Part shown: positions 1-10,020 of the stretch, one piece after another
Position numbering within the stretch: position 1 is the stretch's first letter
Layout: the number at the start of each line of letters is the position of its first letter
Assembly (NCBI RefSeq): GCF_023343835.1
Contig: NC_064458.1
Span: 4,729,829 to 4,793,828, forward strand
DNA: 64,000 nucleotides
Source of the DNA: Lagopus muta
Taxonomy: Eukaryota
Reading direction: 5' to 3'
Notes under the pieces: generated by a model
What the model saw: only the letters and a program-made list of their open reading frames with translations
What the model was told of the DNA's origin: nothing
The model's database searches: none
Translations under genes and position numbers: made by a program

Positions 1-85
1 AATCCACGCTCATTTACATCAGCTTGCTCAACTTGGTCAACATCAGCCAAGACAATAAATCCCACCCCCACCCCCATCAGCTTCA
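1..85 (+). repeat. 58-bp tandem repeat (partial + 1 unit) at unit boundary; contains AATAAA
   Basis: The units 'ctcaacttggtcaacatcagccaagacRaYaaatcccac...tcagcttg' are the same repeat as at 10021-10136. Confidence 0.7.
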
Positions 86-147
86 TTCTTCTCGTCTTTT
101 CCTGGGGTGGGCAGAGTTCAGACCTCGACCACAGGGTTGCCTTCTCC

Positions 148-1580
148 CCAGCAGAATGGCTCAGGTTGGAGGGGCCCTTAAATATCATCCGGCTCTAACC
201 CCCTTGCCGTGAGCAGGTTCATGCACCACCAGATCAGGATGCCCAGGATCCCATCCACCCTGGCCTCAAAGGACTCCAGCAACGGGGTGTCCTGAACCCC
301 TCAGGGAGGAACCTCGCTGTTCCAGTGCCTCGCCACTCCCTGAGGAAACAGTTTCTTTCTAACACCTCATCTCTCTCTATCCTCTTTTAGTTTCATGCCA
401 TTCCCCCTTGTCCTGTCACTATCAGAATGCATGAAAAAGTCAGTCCTCCTCCAGCTTGGCAGGACCCTTAAAAGTACGAGAAGGCTGTGGGCACAGAGGT
501 CTCCTCAGAGCCTTCTGTTCTGAAAGCAAAGTGAACCCCACTCCCTCAACCTGCCTTCTGAGGTGCGGTGCTCCAGGCCTTGTCTCCTCTTTGCGGCCCT
601 CCTCCGGACCCCCCCTCCCACCGCTCCACACCCCTCCTGTGCTTGGCACCCCAGGCTTGGGCGCAGTACTCCAGATGGATGCCCTCGCAAGGGCACAGCA
701 GAGACGGACAATCACCGCCCTGCCCTGCTGGACACCTTCCTCAGGCCTTCCGGGCTGCAGGCACGCGCTGCTGGCTCATCTCCGGCTTTTTGGCCATTAC
801 GACCCCCAGGTCCTTCTCCACAGGGCTTCTCTCGCTGTCTTCTCCTCCCAGTCTCCACCCGTATCTGCGACTGCCTCAACCCAATCGCAACACCTTGCAC
901 TGGGCCTTGTTAAACCTCACGAGATGCTCACGTGCCCTGTATTCCAGCCTGGGTCCAGGTCCCTCTGGATAGCGTCTCTGCCTTCTGCTGTGCCAAGCGC
1001 ACCATCAGCTCGGTGCCGTCAGCTGGGGGTGCACTCAATCCCACCATCTGTGTCCTTGATAAAAATGCTCACGAGCATCAGTCCCCAGACGGACCCCTGG
1101 GTGCCCGGCCTCCACCTGGACACAGAGCCGCTGGCAGCAATCCTCGGGCACAACATCCAAACAACCTGCATCCACCTGTCTGTTCAACACTCAAATGCAC
1201 ATCTCTCCACTTCAGACATTAGGAGGTGCTGTGGGACGAAGACATCAGTCGCCCTTCCTTTGTCCATCACAGCCATCACTCCATCACCAAAGGCCTCCAG
1301 ATGGCTCAGGCACAGCCGCCCTTGCTGAAGCCGTGCTGGCTGTCTTAGGTCGCCTCCCCATCTCGCGTGTGCCTTCACATCTCCTCCAGGAGGATCCACC
1401 CCGCCATGTTCCCAGGCCCACAGATGAGGCACAGCGGCCTTCAGGCCCAGCTGGCTTCTGGCCCAGCCCCACTGAGGCACGAGGTCTCAAGTCAGGATGG
1501 ATCAAGGCTCTGCTGGCAGGGCAGCCCAATTCTGGGGGTGTTTCATGGCTTGGGGTTGCCACTGTTCTGTATCGTTCATT
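148..1580 (-). mobile_element. CR1 LINE fragment (5'-truncated; RT C-terminal half + 3' end)
   Basis: The + strand reads the CR1 antisense sequence. The - strand encodes RT motifs (...QHGF.KG.SCL.NL..F.D.V...DKGRATDV...) and the C-terminus 'FPQGVARHWN..VQDTPLLESFEARVDGIL' followed by the ggttagagccggatgatatttaagggcccctccaacc tail. Confidence 0.85.
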
Positions 1581-2729
1581 CATTAGCAGCAAACCATTTC
1601 CATTTGTAGTATTTTTTAAAGCGTTGGGGGGAAAAAAAAGGAGAGAAACAAAGCGTAAAACTGGTGGGATATCTGACTTCTTTTTTCGTGAAGGTAGTGC
1701 GTCAATGCCTCGTTTGATGTCAATGGTTGCAATTTTTCGTGAGGTCTTAATGCGTTTGTCAGATTTCTGATGAAATTTTACTCTTGCCATGCAATTGTTC
1801 ACAAGCGTGCTGACTGCCAAAACGCGATGACGTGAATAAGGCTTGACTGCAAAGCGAGGGATATTTCTGTCTGTTAAAAGAGGTCTGACAGAAGTCCAGT
1901 CAGGAGACATGGTTAGATTTTGGAGTCGAATATCTGGTTGGAACTCCAGGCATTCCAATTGAAAACTGGCAGGTAATGCATTTGTATCAACTTAAAATGG
2001 GGTCACCCACATAAAGGGATGATTTTTTGGCAAAATTGAAACCGGTTTCCAAATTCCTTTATCAAAAGAGAAAGCATGGCTGCACATTCTTTGCTGTTCA
2101 GAGCACTGCGTGGGGCCGGGGCTGGGCTGCACTGCTGGCTGTGCGGAGCTGCGCATTGGGTACACCTGCTCTGGGTCCCAGAGAGAGCTCCAACACACAA
2201 AGTAAAGCAATACGGTGCCCAACTCTCTTGCAAAATACTACTTTAGGATTCAGCATTCACCAAGAAAGAGCAAACCTAGCTTTTACAACAGCTCACACAA
2301 ATTACCCAAAGACACCCTGTGAGACAGAAAGCATGAAGATTCATGGAGGCAATCAGCTTTTTTTGGGGTGGAGTTTCAAGCACGCAGCCCAGCCTGGAGC
2401 ACAGCCCCTTTTCCGTTTGTAATCCTGCAGGAGTAGAGCACCTGCTGGGGCACAGAGCATCATCTGGACAGTTTCCACTGACAGAAGTAGAGCATCATAC
2501 TGGGGCAGAAAAAGAAAAAAAAAAGAAAAGAGCATAGCTATATTAAAATACTTTGAACTGAACTTTTCACCCTGCAGGATGAGCTCACTTCAGGGCTCAC
2601 ATCGTGAGAGGTTTGGAAAAAAATATTCAAACATCCTGATTTGTGTTTCCAGTGCTACGGATTAAAAGCTGCAGAAATGCCTTCTCCTCCACCATCCATC
2701 AACTCTGATCCTGGGACAGAGACCCACAA

Positions 2730-2995
2730 ACTCCTCAGGGTTGGAAGGGTCCTCTGAGGGCCATCCGGACCAACCCCCCTGCAGCGCACAGGGACACCGC
2801 AGCTGGGTCAGGTCTCCAGGGACGGAGCACCCAGCGCACCTCTGTGCGACCTGTGCCAGTGCCTCACCACCTCTCTGCAGAAGATTTCGTCCCTATAGCC
2901 AACCTAAACCTCCCCTCTTGGAGCTTGCAGCCATTTCCCTCTCGGAGCTGGAAACCACACTGACACTTTGGTCAGTTTTGGAGCAGAAAATGAGA
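2730..2995 (-). mobile_element. CR1 3'-terminal fragment
   Basis: 'gggttggaagggtcctctgagggccatc...gtgccagtgcctcaccacc...gaagatttcgtccctatagccaacctaaacctcccct' matches the antisense CR1 3'-end architecture. Confidence 0.7.
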
Positions 2996-3049
2996 TGAGA
3001 TGTAGATAGACAGATAACTCGATGTTTTTCTTCCTTGATTTACTATTTA

Positions 3050-3600
3050 TTATGACCTCGCTGACCGACTGCACGCCGCACGCCCAGCACCGCCGCCAGC
3101 TCCAAGCACCACCAGCCCGCCGCGCCGCCAGCGCAGCGCCCTTACACCAACGAGCCGCCGCTTCCGCTCTTCTCGGCACATGCGCAGCACCAGCAGGAGG
3201 ACCCGCTACCATCGAGTTGGAGGGCTGGAGGCACAGAGCAGTCAGAGCAAAGAGGCACCACTTCCGGGTTTCCGGAGGCGTCAGTGTCTGGAGGATCGCT
3301 TCGTATTACCGCAGGGACGGGCGGTACGGAGCGGAGAGAGCAGAGCGACGCGTCGTGCCGCTCCGGGACGGCTCTGTGGTGCTCTGCGGGACCGTGCGGG
3401 CCCCGGGGGGCCCAGAGCGCCCAGAGCTCGTCTGACCCCCCGCTGCCCCTAAAACCGCCGCCGCGGCGGTCCCGACTGCAATTCTGCGCTCCGGTCAAGC
3501 GGTGGCAGCAGAGACCGAGAAAAGAGCGGCGTGGGGCGTGGGTACCGGCGATGGGAGCGGAGCGAGCCTGGGGCTTGGCTCTGCTCGGGTAAATGCGTCC
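3050..3600. promoter_or_regulatory. CpG island inside amplicon unit (orphan)
   Basis: Very CpG-dense (cgccgccagc..gccgcgccgccagcgcagcgcc...). ETS-like 'cacttccgggtttccggagg' and NRF1-like 'gcacatgcgcagc' motifs are present. The long GC-rich ORFs here (e.g. 3142..4026-) are compositional artefacts. Confidence 0.5.
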
Positions 3601-3949
3601 ATTCCAACTGCATTCAGGCTCGGCTAGCTCTGAGCTCTGCCAAAGTGGTTGGCATTTGTCATTGCTGAGCGCACAAAAGGCTCGACCAAAGGTGACGATG
3701 CCCGGAAGGCAGAAGGATGGAGAAAAGCGTGGCCACATCCCTGGCACGGAGCCGAGCCCGTAGCTGGAGAAGGGGGTTGTTCTGCCGGATGTGGACTGGG
3801 AGCGGTTCTGTGCCACGGCCCGAATCTGCCCTTCTTTGGCTTCGGTCGGGCCAGGAGCTGCTGCGCGGTGCCGCACACCGTGCGTGTGCCGTAACCCCAC
3901 GCTGCTCCGTGTGCACGGTGGTTGTGGAGGGCCGTGGTTGTGGGGGGGA

Positions 3950-5070
3950 CCCGAGACCGCCTTCAGCCGGGCGACTGACTCCTGGCTTCTCCGCTGTACT
4001 TCGTACAACCTGTGTTTGTTGTGCACCTTTCACAAGCGTGTGACAGTACAGTGTTTGCTCTGATGCCTTCACAAGGCTGTCACAGCCATGTCTCCTGTCT
4101 CCGGTTAGCCTGTCCACGGGTCCACCTGTGAACCAGACAGAAAGAGGGCGAGAATTCACAGTGTTACAGTTCTGTATGGCATTGTCACAGTCTGAGCCAC
4201 AAAGAAACACGTCGCTTCCTTCACACGCCTACAGAGTATTGAGAGTGAGACATAAATATGTGCGTATACATGCATACAGAGCGTCTGATCCTTCACCAAT
4301 CATAACAGAACTTCTTTTCACCAGCTGCGTATTCACATAGGTTTCACCTTTATAAATGTCCACAGTCCATAAATGCCTCATGAAGCTCATGCAGACTGGG
4401 ACGTGCTTGATCGTTTTTCCAAATCATTTCACTGATGGGCTCCGCCACAAGCTCACCTGAAGCGCAACGGTGCCCAAGCCCAGTGAAAAGTGTTGAAAAG
4501 CAGCAAGGGGCTGGAGATGGAGAAGGGTGAAAGAAGAGCTCGGGTGATGTTTGCACAAAGAACAGAACGTGGAGAGGAACAGCATCCCCAGGTCTTCAAA
4601 TAGACAGAAGTGTTGAGATTGTTTCACTCCCTTCTTCAAGAGTGGATGTGCAGTGGGGTTCATGCCAGCTGACCAGAAAGACACCAAACCTCTATTCATC
4701 AGGGGAAGAGAAGGGTTAGGATGAGCCTGGAAATTATCAACTACTTGGTGTACCATCCAGTCCCGGGACAATTCTAGAAGCTATCACCCAAAAAGTCTTT
4801 CTCAAAAGGTGAAATTTCCTAATGATTTTTGAAGTAGAAGTCACTCTAAGAGGAAATCAGATACAGTTGCACATACAGCACACAGTCCAAATGCGCAGAA
4901 ATTTCTGTGCAAACTGTGCAAAACAAAATGGTAACAAACTCGTGAATGCCTCAGAACAAAAACTGTGCTGCTATGCTCCTGCGAAAGGTGCAGAACAAAC
5001 ATGTTGTGCGTGAGCACAATGGAGAAGTCCGGAGTTTGTTGTCTTGCTTAAGGCGGTCTCGGTTCGATCC
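3950..5070. repeat. ~140-bp inverted-repeat pair (3950-4090 / 4930-5070) flanking ~850 bp; candidate non-autonomous element
   Basis: 3950-4090 is the ~75% reverse complement of 4930-5070 (shared blocks '...gagaccgcctt.ag...ttgt.cacctttc.caag..' ). The right arm ends in a tRNA-T-loop-like 'ggttcgatcccc'. Confidence 0.4.
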
Positions 5071-5149
5071 CCAGCCCCCCACACAACCACCACGCAATGG
5101 GAGAAGCATGACTGGTATGGCATGCACACGGTACATGGCACCAGGCACA

Positions 5150-6250
5150 CTCCACGCCATCTGGAAACTGCTCCTGAGCCAATTGGAAGGGCCCATCCTA
5201 TGGCATAAAATGCATTGCCGACTCCACAGTAGGACCGTCACCCCGGACTTTGGGAGAGCAGGACCTCCTCAGTGGGCCTGCTTGGAGGTATCCCATGGAC
5301 GGGAGCTTTGGCAAGTAGGCCCGAGAGAGCTGCTTGACACTTAAACACCGCTTCCTCCAAGCTCAAGATGGATGCATCCCTGAGAGCAAGAAAGCAGGGA
5401 AAAGTGGCAGGAGAACTGCTGGATAAGCAAGGGGCTCATGGATGGACTCAAAGGGAAGAGGAGCGTACACAGCACGTGGAAGAAGGGCATTTCTACTTGG
5501 AAAGAATGTATGAGCGTTGTCAGGGCCTGCAAGGATGCAATGAGGAAGGCTAAGGCACCCTTGGGATTAAATCCAGCAAAGGCGGTCGAGGAGAACAACA
5601 AGGGCTTTTGTGAGAATGTTGGTAGTAAAACTAAGACTGGAACACATGCGGGTCTGCCACTGAATGCCTTGGTAACAAGGGACAAAGAGAAGGCAGAGGT
5701 ACTGAATGCCTTCTTTGCTTCCATCTTTACTACTAAGATTGCCCCTCCTAAATCCCAGGCCCTGGCGGTAAGAGAGAGAGTCTGGGGAATTAAAGACTTC
5801 CTCCTGCTTGAGGAGGATCTGAACAGGAAGCGTGCAGGCAAAATCAGTGCTCGCAAATTCATGGGCCCTGTGGGGATGCACCCACGTGTGCTGAGAGAGC
5901 TGGTGGAGGTAATTGCTGAACTGCTCTCTATGATCTTGGAGAGGCCTTGGAGAACAGGAGAGCTGCCTGGATGCTGGAGGACAGCCAGCTTCGCACCAGT
6001 CATCGCACCGATGAGTGGGCAGTGAGATGGACTGGGAACTGGCTTGACGACCAAGAGATGATGGAGGGGCCTGGAGCATCTTCCTCACGAGAAAAGGCTG
6101 AGAGACCTAGGACTCTTCAGTCTGGAGAAGAAACGCATGAGCGGGGGATCTCATAACAGTTTGGCCCACTGCGACGGGCCCTGCGTCTGCTCCAAGCCAT
6201 GAGACAGGCCCTGCGCCAGCACCCGACTTCGTGACAGCCCACGTGGTTCA
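5150..6250 (+). mobile_element. CR1 LINE fragment with internal deletion (ORF2 middle joined to the RT C-terminus)
   Basis: The + strand ORFs read 'VLNAFFASIF...SMGPVGMHPRVLRELVEVIAELLSMILERPWRTGELP..W' (CR1 ORF2 sense) and then jump to 'KRLRDLGLFSLEKKRM'. The 5' limit is uncertain. Confidence 0.75.
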
Positions 6251-6749
6251 ACCAGAGAACCCAACTGTGCCAGTATCCATAGCCCTTATTAAAAAGAGCA
6301 AAATGAGGCCGTGAAAATCAGCTCCTTTAATAAGAAAGGAAATACGTTCTAAGAGGGGGGTAGAAGAAGAGGATGAGAATGAAGCCAGGCCATGACAAGA
6401 ACGGCAGGAGGAAGAGGCCGAACTCATAAAGGAGACGAGAACCATTTGACTCCTGAGCACGAGTGAGCTGACAGATATGTGAAAAGACTTCAGCTGTCAT
6501 GCAGGGGAGCACTCTGACACTGGGAGAACGGGGCCGCAAGCCTGGACTAGGCGGGCAGCAAAGGCAGGCATCTGGGATCCCTTTCACGGGCAGGGTGCAT
6601 TGGCAAAGCCCTTGGAAATGAGGCACGAGCCTTCCCCTCGTGGAGGTGACTCTCCGTAAGGGCCGAGAGGGAAAGGAGTCCCTTCAAAGAAGATCTGGTA
6701 TGTTACCCAGGCAAGCGGTGCACCGTGGGGAAAGGTGTGCCTGAGGGCA

Positions 6750-7046
6750 CCAGCTCTTCTGGAGGTGATGCGTAATGCTGAAAAAAGAGGGGAGATACAG
6801 ACTGGCTGTTGGCCGGCAATTGCTGATTCTGAGGGCCCAGGGCTGCCGCCATCTTGCTTGGGAGCCTGGGACGCATTCCGCCCCGAGGGGGTAACCGTGA
6901 TGTCACAGTGGTGGCAGGGAGCGGCCATTGTGACCCATGGGGCTGGGAGCAGAGCAAAGGCTGCCGGGCTCAGAGCGTGGTCAGTGCGGCCTGGTGAGGT
7001 GCAGAGAGAGCAGGGACTCTTCAAGTGCTCACCGTTGACGCGCAAC
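6750..7046 (+). promoter_or_regulatory. Candidate proximal promoter of PHF7-like copy 1
   Basis: This is the region immediately 5' of the ATG exon. It contains a CRE-like 'cgtgatgtcacag' (TGATGTCA) at about 6895-6906 and a 'gccggcaattgctg' CCAAT-like box at about 6815. Confidence 0.3.
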
Positions 7047-7089
7047 ATGTCCAGTAGGAAGCGGAAGGCCCCCGACTCCGGGGAGCAAG
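7047..7089 (+). CDS. PHF7-like copy 1, exon 1 (start codon; MSSRKRKAPDSGEQ + phase-1 G)
   Basis: ATG at 7047 with a CAAG|GTGAGA donor after 7089. The basic KRK N-terminus matches PHF7. The start is the first in-frame ATG of this exon. Upstream coding exons are not excluded. Confidence 0.45.
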
Positions 7090-7272
7090 GTGAGAGCAAA
7101 GCATCCCTGCGTGCAGCTCCCCGCCGCCGGGCAGAGGGGTGCTGGGGGTCTGCCAGCGGCAGAGAGGGAAGGAAGGGGCAGGAGCAAGGAGCACGGCCCT
7201 GGGGACCGCCCTCAGGGACAACTGGCCCCGCAAGGTGCTCACTGCTGCCCGCCTTTGCTCTCTCCTCTCCAG

Positions 7273-7364
7273 TGTGCATGCTGTGTCGCCGGGCGGATGT
7301 CGACCCGAACATCTGCGGGCGCACCTTTGCCGAGAGCGACCTTTGCGTGCATGAGTTCTGCTTG
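7273..7364 (+). CDS. PHF7-like copy 1, exon 2 (C2HC/pre-PHD)
   Basis: '(V)CMLCRRADVDPNICGRTFAESDLCVHEFCL' aligns to PHF7 '[30 protein letters not shown]'. The acceptor is ..ctccag| and the donor is TTG|gtgagt. Confidence 0.7.
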
Positions 7365-7460
7365 GTGAGTTCCAACCCTCAAGGGCTCCTGCCAGCTTCC
7401 TGCCAGGGATGCTCCCTTCCTGTCTGTCCTAACGAGATCCTGCTCTGCTCTTTCCCACAG

Positions 7461-7571
7461 CTTTTTTCTTTGAAGAAAAACACATTCTTTGAAGAAAGCG
7501 ACCCCTGGGAGGAAACGCTGCGCCTCCCCGTTGGGACCATCAGATGCAGAATCAAGCAGGCGGACCAGAAG
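7461..7571 (+). CDS. PHF7-like copy 1, exon 3
   Basis: 'LFSLKKNTFFEESDPWEETLRLPVGTIRCRIKQADQK' is the only open frame, flanked by cccacag| and AAG|gtgagc. It aligns weakly to PHF7 'ILSSKLPQRG...IKKEAARASRK'. Confidence 0.6.
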
Positions 7572-7809
7572 GTGAGCTTTGTGCCAGGAGAGGCTCACGC
7601 CAGCTTAGTCTGCACCCAGAGAAAGCAATGGCAGCCCTTCCAGCGGGCTCCAGGGCAAAGTCCTGCCATAGCAGACGAGCCTTCTCCGCCAGGCGGCTCT
7701 GCAGAGTGGAGCCCAGCAGCTTCCGCAGCCTGTGCCCTGCCCAGAGGTGTGGGGCCGGCCGTGGAGGCCCTGAGCCTGCTGCTGATCGGGGCTGCCTTGT
7801 TCCTTTCAG

Positions 7810-7934
7810 CAATGCTTTGTTTGTGGCGAGAGAGGAGCCGCCATCAGCTGCGCAGAGAGAGGCTGTGCACGCAGCTTCCACCTGCCCTGCGCCGCGGACG
7901 GTGAATGCGTCACCCAGTTCTTTGGGCAGCACAG
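7810..7934 (+). CDS. PHF7-like copy 1, exon 4 (ePHD)
   Basis: 'QCFVCGERGAAISCAERGCARSFHLPCAADGECVTQFFGQH(R)' aligns to PHF7 '[42 protein letters not shown]'. Confidence 0.75.
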
Positions 7935-8084
7935 GTAAGGGCTGTCAGCAGCAGCCAAGCCAGGGAGGAACCCACAGCGACAGCTCCCAGCAGCCTGCCA
8001 GAGATGGGGCCTGGGGCTCCTGCCTGCTGCTCTGCCCTCCTGGCAGTGCTTCTCACTGTGCCCATCACTTGCATCGTCCCCCAG

Positions 8085-8247
8085 GTCCTTCTGCTGCGAG
8101 CACCGCCCGCGACAGGCAGCGGAGGCAGCTCCACCCCAAGGCACTGACTGCGTCATCTGCCTGGAGCCCCTGGAGGACAGCACGTCCTACCAGACCCTGT
8201 GGTGCCCAGCGTGCAAGCACACCTGGTTCCACCGCCGCTGCGTCCAG
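8085..8247 (+). CDS. PHF7-like copy 1, exon 5 (RING/PHD start)
   Basis: 'SFCCEHRPRQ...CVICLEPLEDSTSYQTLWCPACKHTWFHRRCVQ' aligns to PHF7 'SFCDKHRPTQ...CILCCEDLSQQ...CCSQAIYHRKCIQ'. Confidence 0.75.
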
Positions 8248-8338
8248 GTAGAAGCCCTCCCCTCACCCTGCGGCCACGGCCCGCGCTCAGCAGCACCGAG
8301 CCCCGCTCACGCTCACGCTGCTTCTGCTTCTCCGGCAG

Positions 8339-8445
8339 GGGCAGGCCACGAACGCCGGCACCATGTGCTTCCAGTGCCCCATTTGTCGAGACACGGAGCA
8401 ATTCCGGGCAGAAATGTCCACTCTGGGGATCCAAGTCCCAGTCAG
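8339..8445 (+). CDS. PHF7-like copy 1, exon 6
   Basis: 'GQATNAGTMCFQCPICRDTEQFRAEMSTLGIQVPV(R)' aligns to PHF7 '[36 protein letters not shown]'. Confidence 0.75.
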
Positions 8446-8663
8446 GTTGGTGTCCTTCTCCCCAGCGCTGCAGATGGGAAGGCGCGAGCGCTGGGCCTGC
8501 CCAGGGACTGTCCCGGCAGGCCTGGCCCTTTGCTGTCTCACCAGCACAGGCCTCAGCTTCACGGAGAAGCTGGAAATGGGGTTGCCTTGGATGAACGGGG
8601 ATACCCCGGATCACACATGGCAGGGAACCGGGAACTCATCGCATTCCCTCCCTTCTCTTGTAG

Positions 8664-8769
8664 GAGACCGTCTTGGTGGGATGACAACACCTACCCATCA
8701 CTTCTGCGGAGGCACAGGCGCTGCGATGTCAGCAAGTGCCTTTACCCAGGAGGCAGGGAGCAGGCAGAG
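8664..8769 (+). CDS. PHF7-like copy 1, exon 7
   Basis: 'RPSWWDDNTYPSLLRRHRRCDVSKCLYPGGREQAE' aligns to PHF7 '[38 protein letters not shown]'. Confidence 0.7.
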
Positions 8770-8904
8770 GTGAATGGGTGAGTTACCTCAGCAGCCCTCT
8801 GGGCTTCTGCAGGGGATCTCCCCCTCAACACCGGATGGGGAACCAGGGCTGAGCACCGCAGATGTGCCGGCCGCTGCCTGGCTTGGCTCACTTTGTCCTC
8901 ACAG

Positions 8905-9046
8905 CCACAACCCGTTTGCTTCCCCAGGCCCTGGCAGCTGCTGCTCTGCAGCTCCTGTGCTGCAGAAGGGACCCACCGACGATGCTCCTACCTGAGCAAC
9001 AGAGTTGGCAGCTGGGAGTGTGACAGCTGTGCTGGCATAGGCACCG
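8905..9046 (+). CDS. PHF7-like copy 1, exon 8
   Basis: 'PQPVCFPRPWQLLLCSSCAAEGTHRRCSYLSNRVGSWECDSCAGIGT' aligns to PHF7 '[41 protein letters not shown]'. The acceptor ctcacag|CC at 8904 is used. The alternative acceptor at 8927 gives a stop. Confidence 0.6.
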
Positions 9047-9217
9047 GTAAGATGCAAACAGCTGTGGCTCCCTAGGCGGGGGCCGGGCAACGCCTGGCAG
9101 TGGGTGCTGCTCAGGGCGGCCCTGCCAGGCTCTCTCTGCCCCAGGAAGGAGGGCAGCCCGTTGCGACTCAAGGCTGCAGCTTCATCCCAATGATCACCTT
9201 CCTGCTTTCCTTTACAG

Positions 9218-9837
9218 CCTCCAGCAGCAACACGGAGCGCGCCGGACCCAGCACCAACACGGAGCGCGCCGGCCCCAGCACTTCCAGCCAAGGGGCTCCG
9301 GAGCCTCCCCGTGGCTCCCAGGGACCGGAGAACATCAGCTCCGGCTCCAGCAGCCAGGCAGCATCGGGCCCCTCACACCGGTCCCAGCTGCCTGAGAACA
9401 GCCGCCTGCCCAGTGAGCCTGGGACACGGCAGAGGGCAATCGGCCCACGCCTCCCTGAGGATCAGGAGGCATCTCTGCAGCGCCGAGGACGCCGCGGGAG
9501 CGGCCGTGCAACAGCCCCGCGCACCAGCAGCAGCTCCCGCAGGTCCACCCCACGGAGGGCACCGCGGCCCTCCAGCGACTCCCCGGTGGCTGCACCCAGA
9601 AGGAGCCCCAGGCAGCAGGGGACGGGCCGGGCACGAAGCCGCTCCCCGCTTCAAGATCGGGCCTCACGTTCCCAGAGCCGGCCCAGAAGAAGCCGTGGCA
9701 GCAGACAAACACCACGCCGAGCTGCACAGAGCAGCACCCTCTGCTCAGCCGCCCCAGTGACATCGAGGCCCTCGAGGGGTTCCCCGCTGCCTGGACACAG
9801 AAGACCCTCCAGGCAGCAAGGGAGGGCCCACACATGA
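9218..9837 (+). CDS. PHF7-like copy 1, exon 9: ~205-aa Ser/Arg/Pro-rich basic tail + TGA
   Basis: The acceptor is tttacag| at 9217, in frame with ORF 9100..9837. The encoded tail is 'ASSSNTERAGPSTNTERAGPST...RRGRRGSGRATAPRTSSSSRRSTPRRAPRPSS...RSRSPLQDRASRSQSRPRRSRGSRQTPRR...'. Confidence 0.6.
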
Positions 9838-10020
9838 AGCCCTTCCGCAGCGGGATGTCAGGCTGCGACTTCCCACACAGACCCCAGCACGCCGCAGCAG
9901 CCAAACCCAACAGCAGCGGCCAGCCTGGGCACAAAGCTGCTCCCAGGTCCATCTGCAGAACCACATCCCCACAGCCAGACCTCAGTCTGCACAGGAGCAG
10001 CCGGGTGCCAATGACACCTG

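Noticed and set aside
456-1328. 290-aa + strand ORF and neighbours (440..715-, 568..972+ etc.)
   Set aside because: They lie entirely within a CR1 element read on the antisense strand. The true coding strand is minus and it is a frameshifted RT relic.
1284-1958. 224-aa ORF (MECLEFQPDIRLQNL...) on the - strand. The segment contains 'MARVKFHQKSDKRIKTSRKIATIDIKRG' and ends at a T8 run, so it was considered as a small basic protein or a Pol III-type ncRNA
   Set aside because: The 3' half is CR1 read out of frame. The 5' half has no recognisable protein or snRNA/7SK/Y/vault similarity. A 13-nt match to U6 ('ttctgtatcgttc') does not extend. There is insufficient evidence.
3142-4026. Long GC-rich ORFs on both strands over the CpG islands (e.g. 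3142..4026- 294 aa, 9100..9964, 61320..61865, the N-terminal 270 aa of 60424..62037-)
   Set aside because: Their composition is dominated by G, R, P and A, with no domain signatures, and they overlap one another in several frames. They are open-frame artefacts of CpG-rich DNA, not genes. The 9100..9837 frame is the exception and is used as the PHF7-like last exon.
5040-5080. tRNA-like 'ggcggtctcggttcgatcccc' (T-arm-like) motif
   Set aside because: There is no acceptor stem, anticodon arm or cloverleaf. Its partner copy at 3950-3975 lacks the motif. It is probably a tRNA-derived repeat relic and not a tRNA gene.
6735-7904. 389-aa ORF spanning the PHF7-like 5' region
   Set aside because: It runs continuously through exon 1, intron 1, exon 2 and beyond in one frame. 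The real CDS is the spliced exon chain. The ORF is a read-through.
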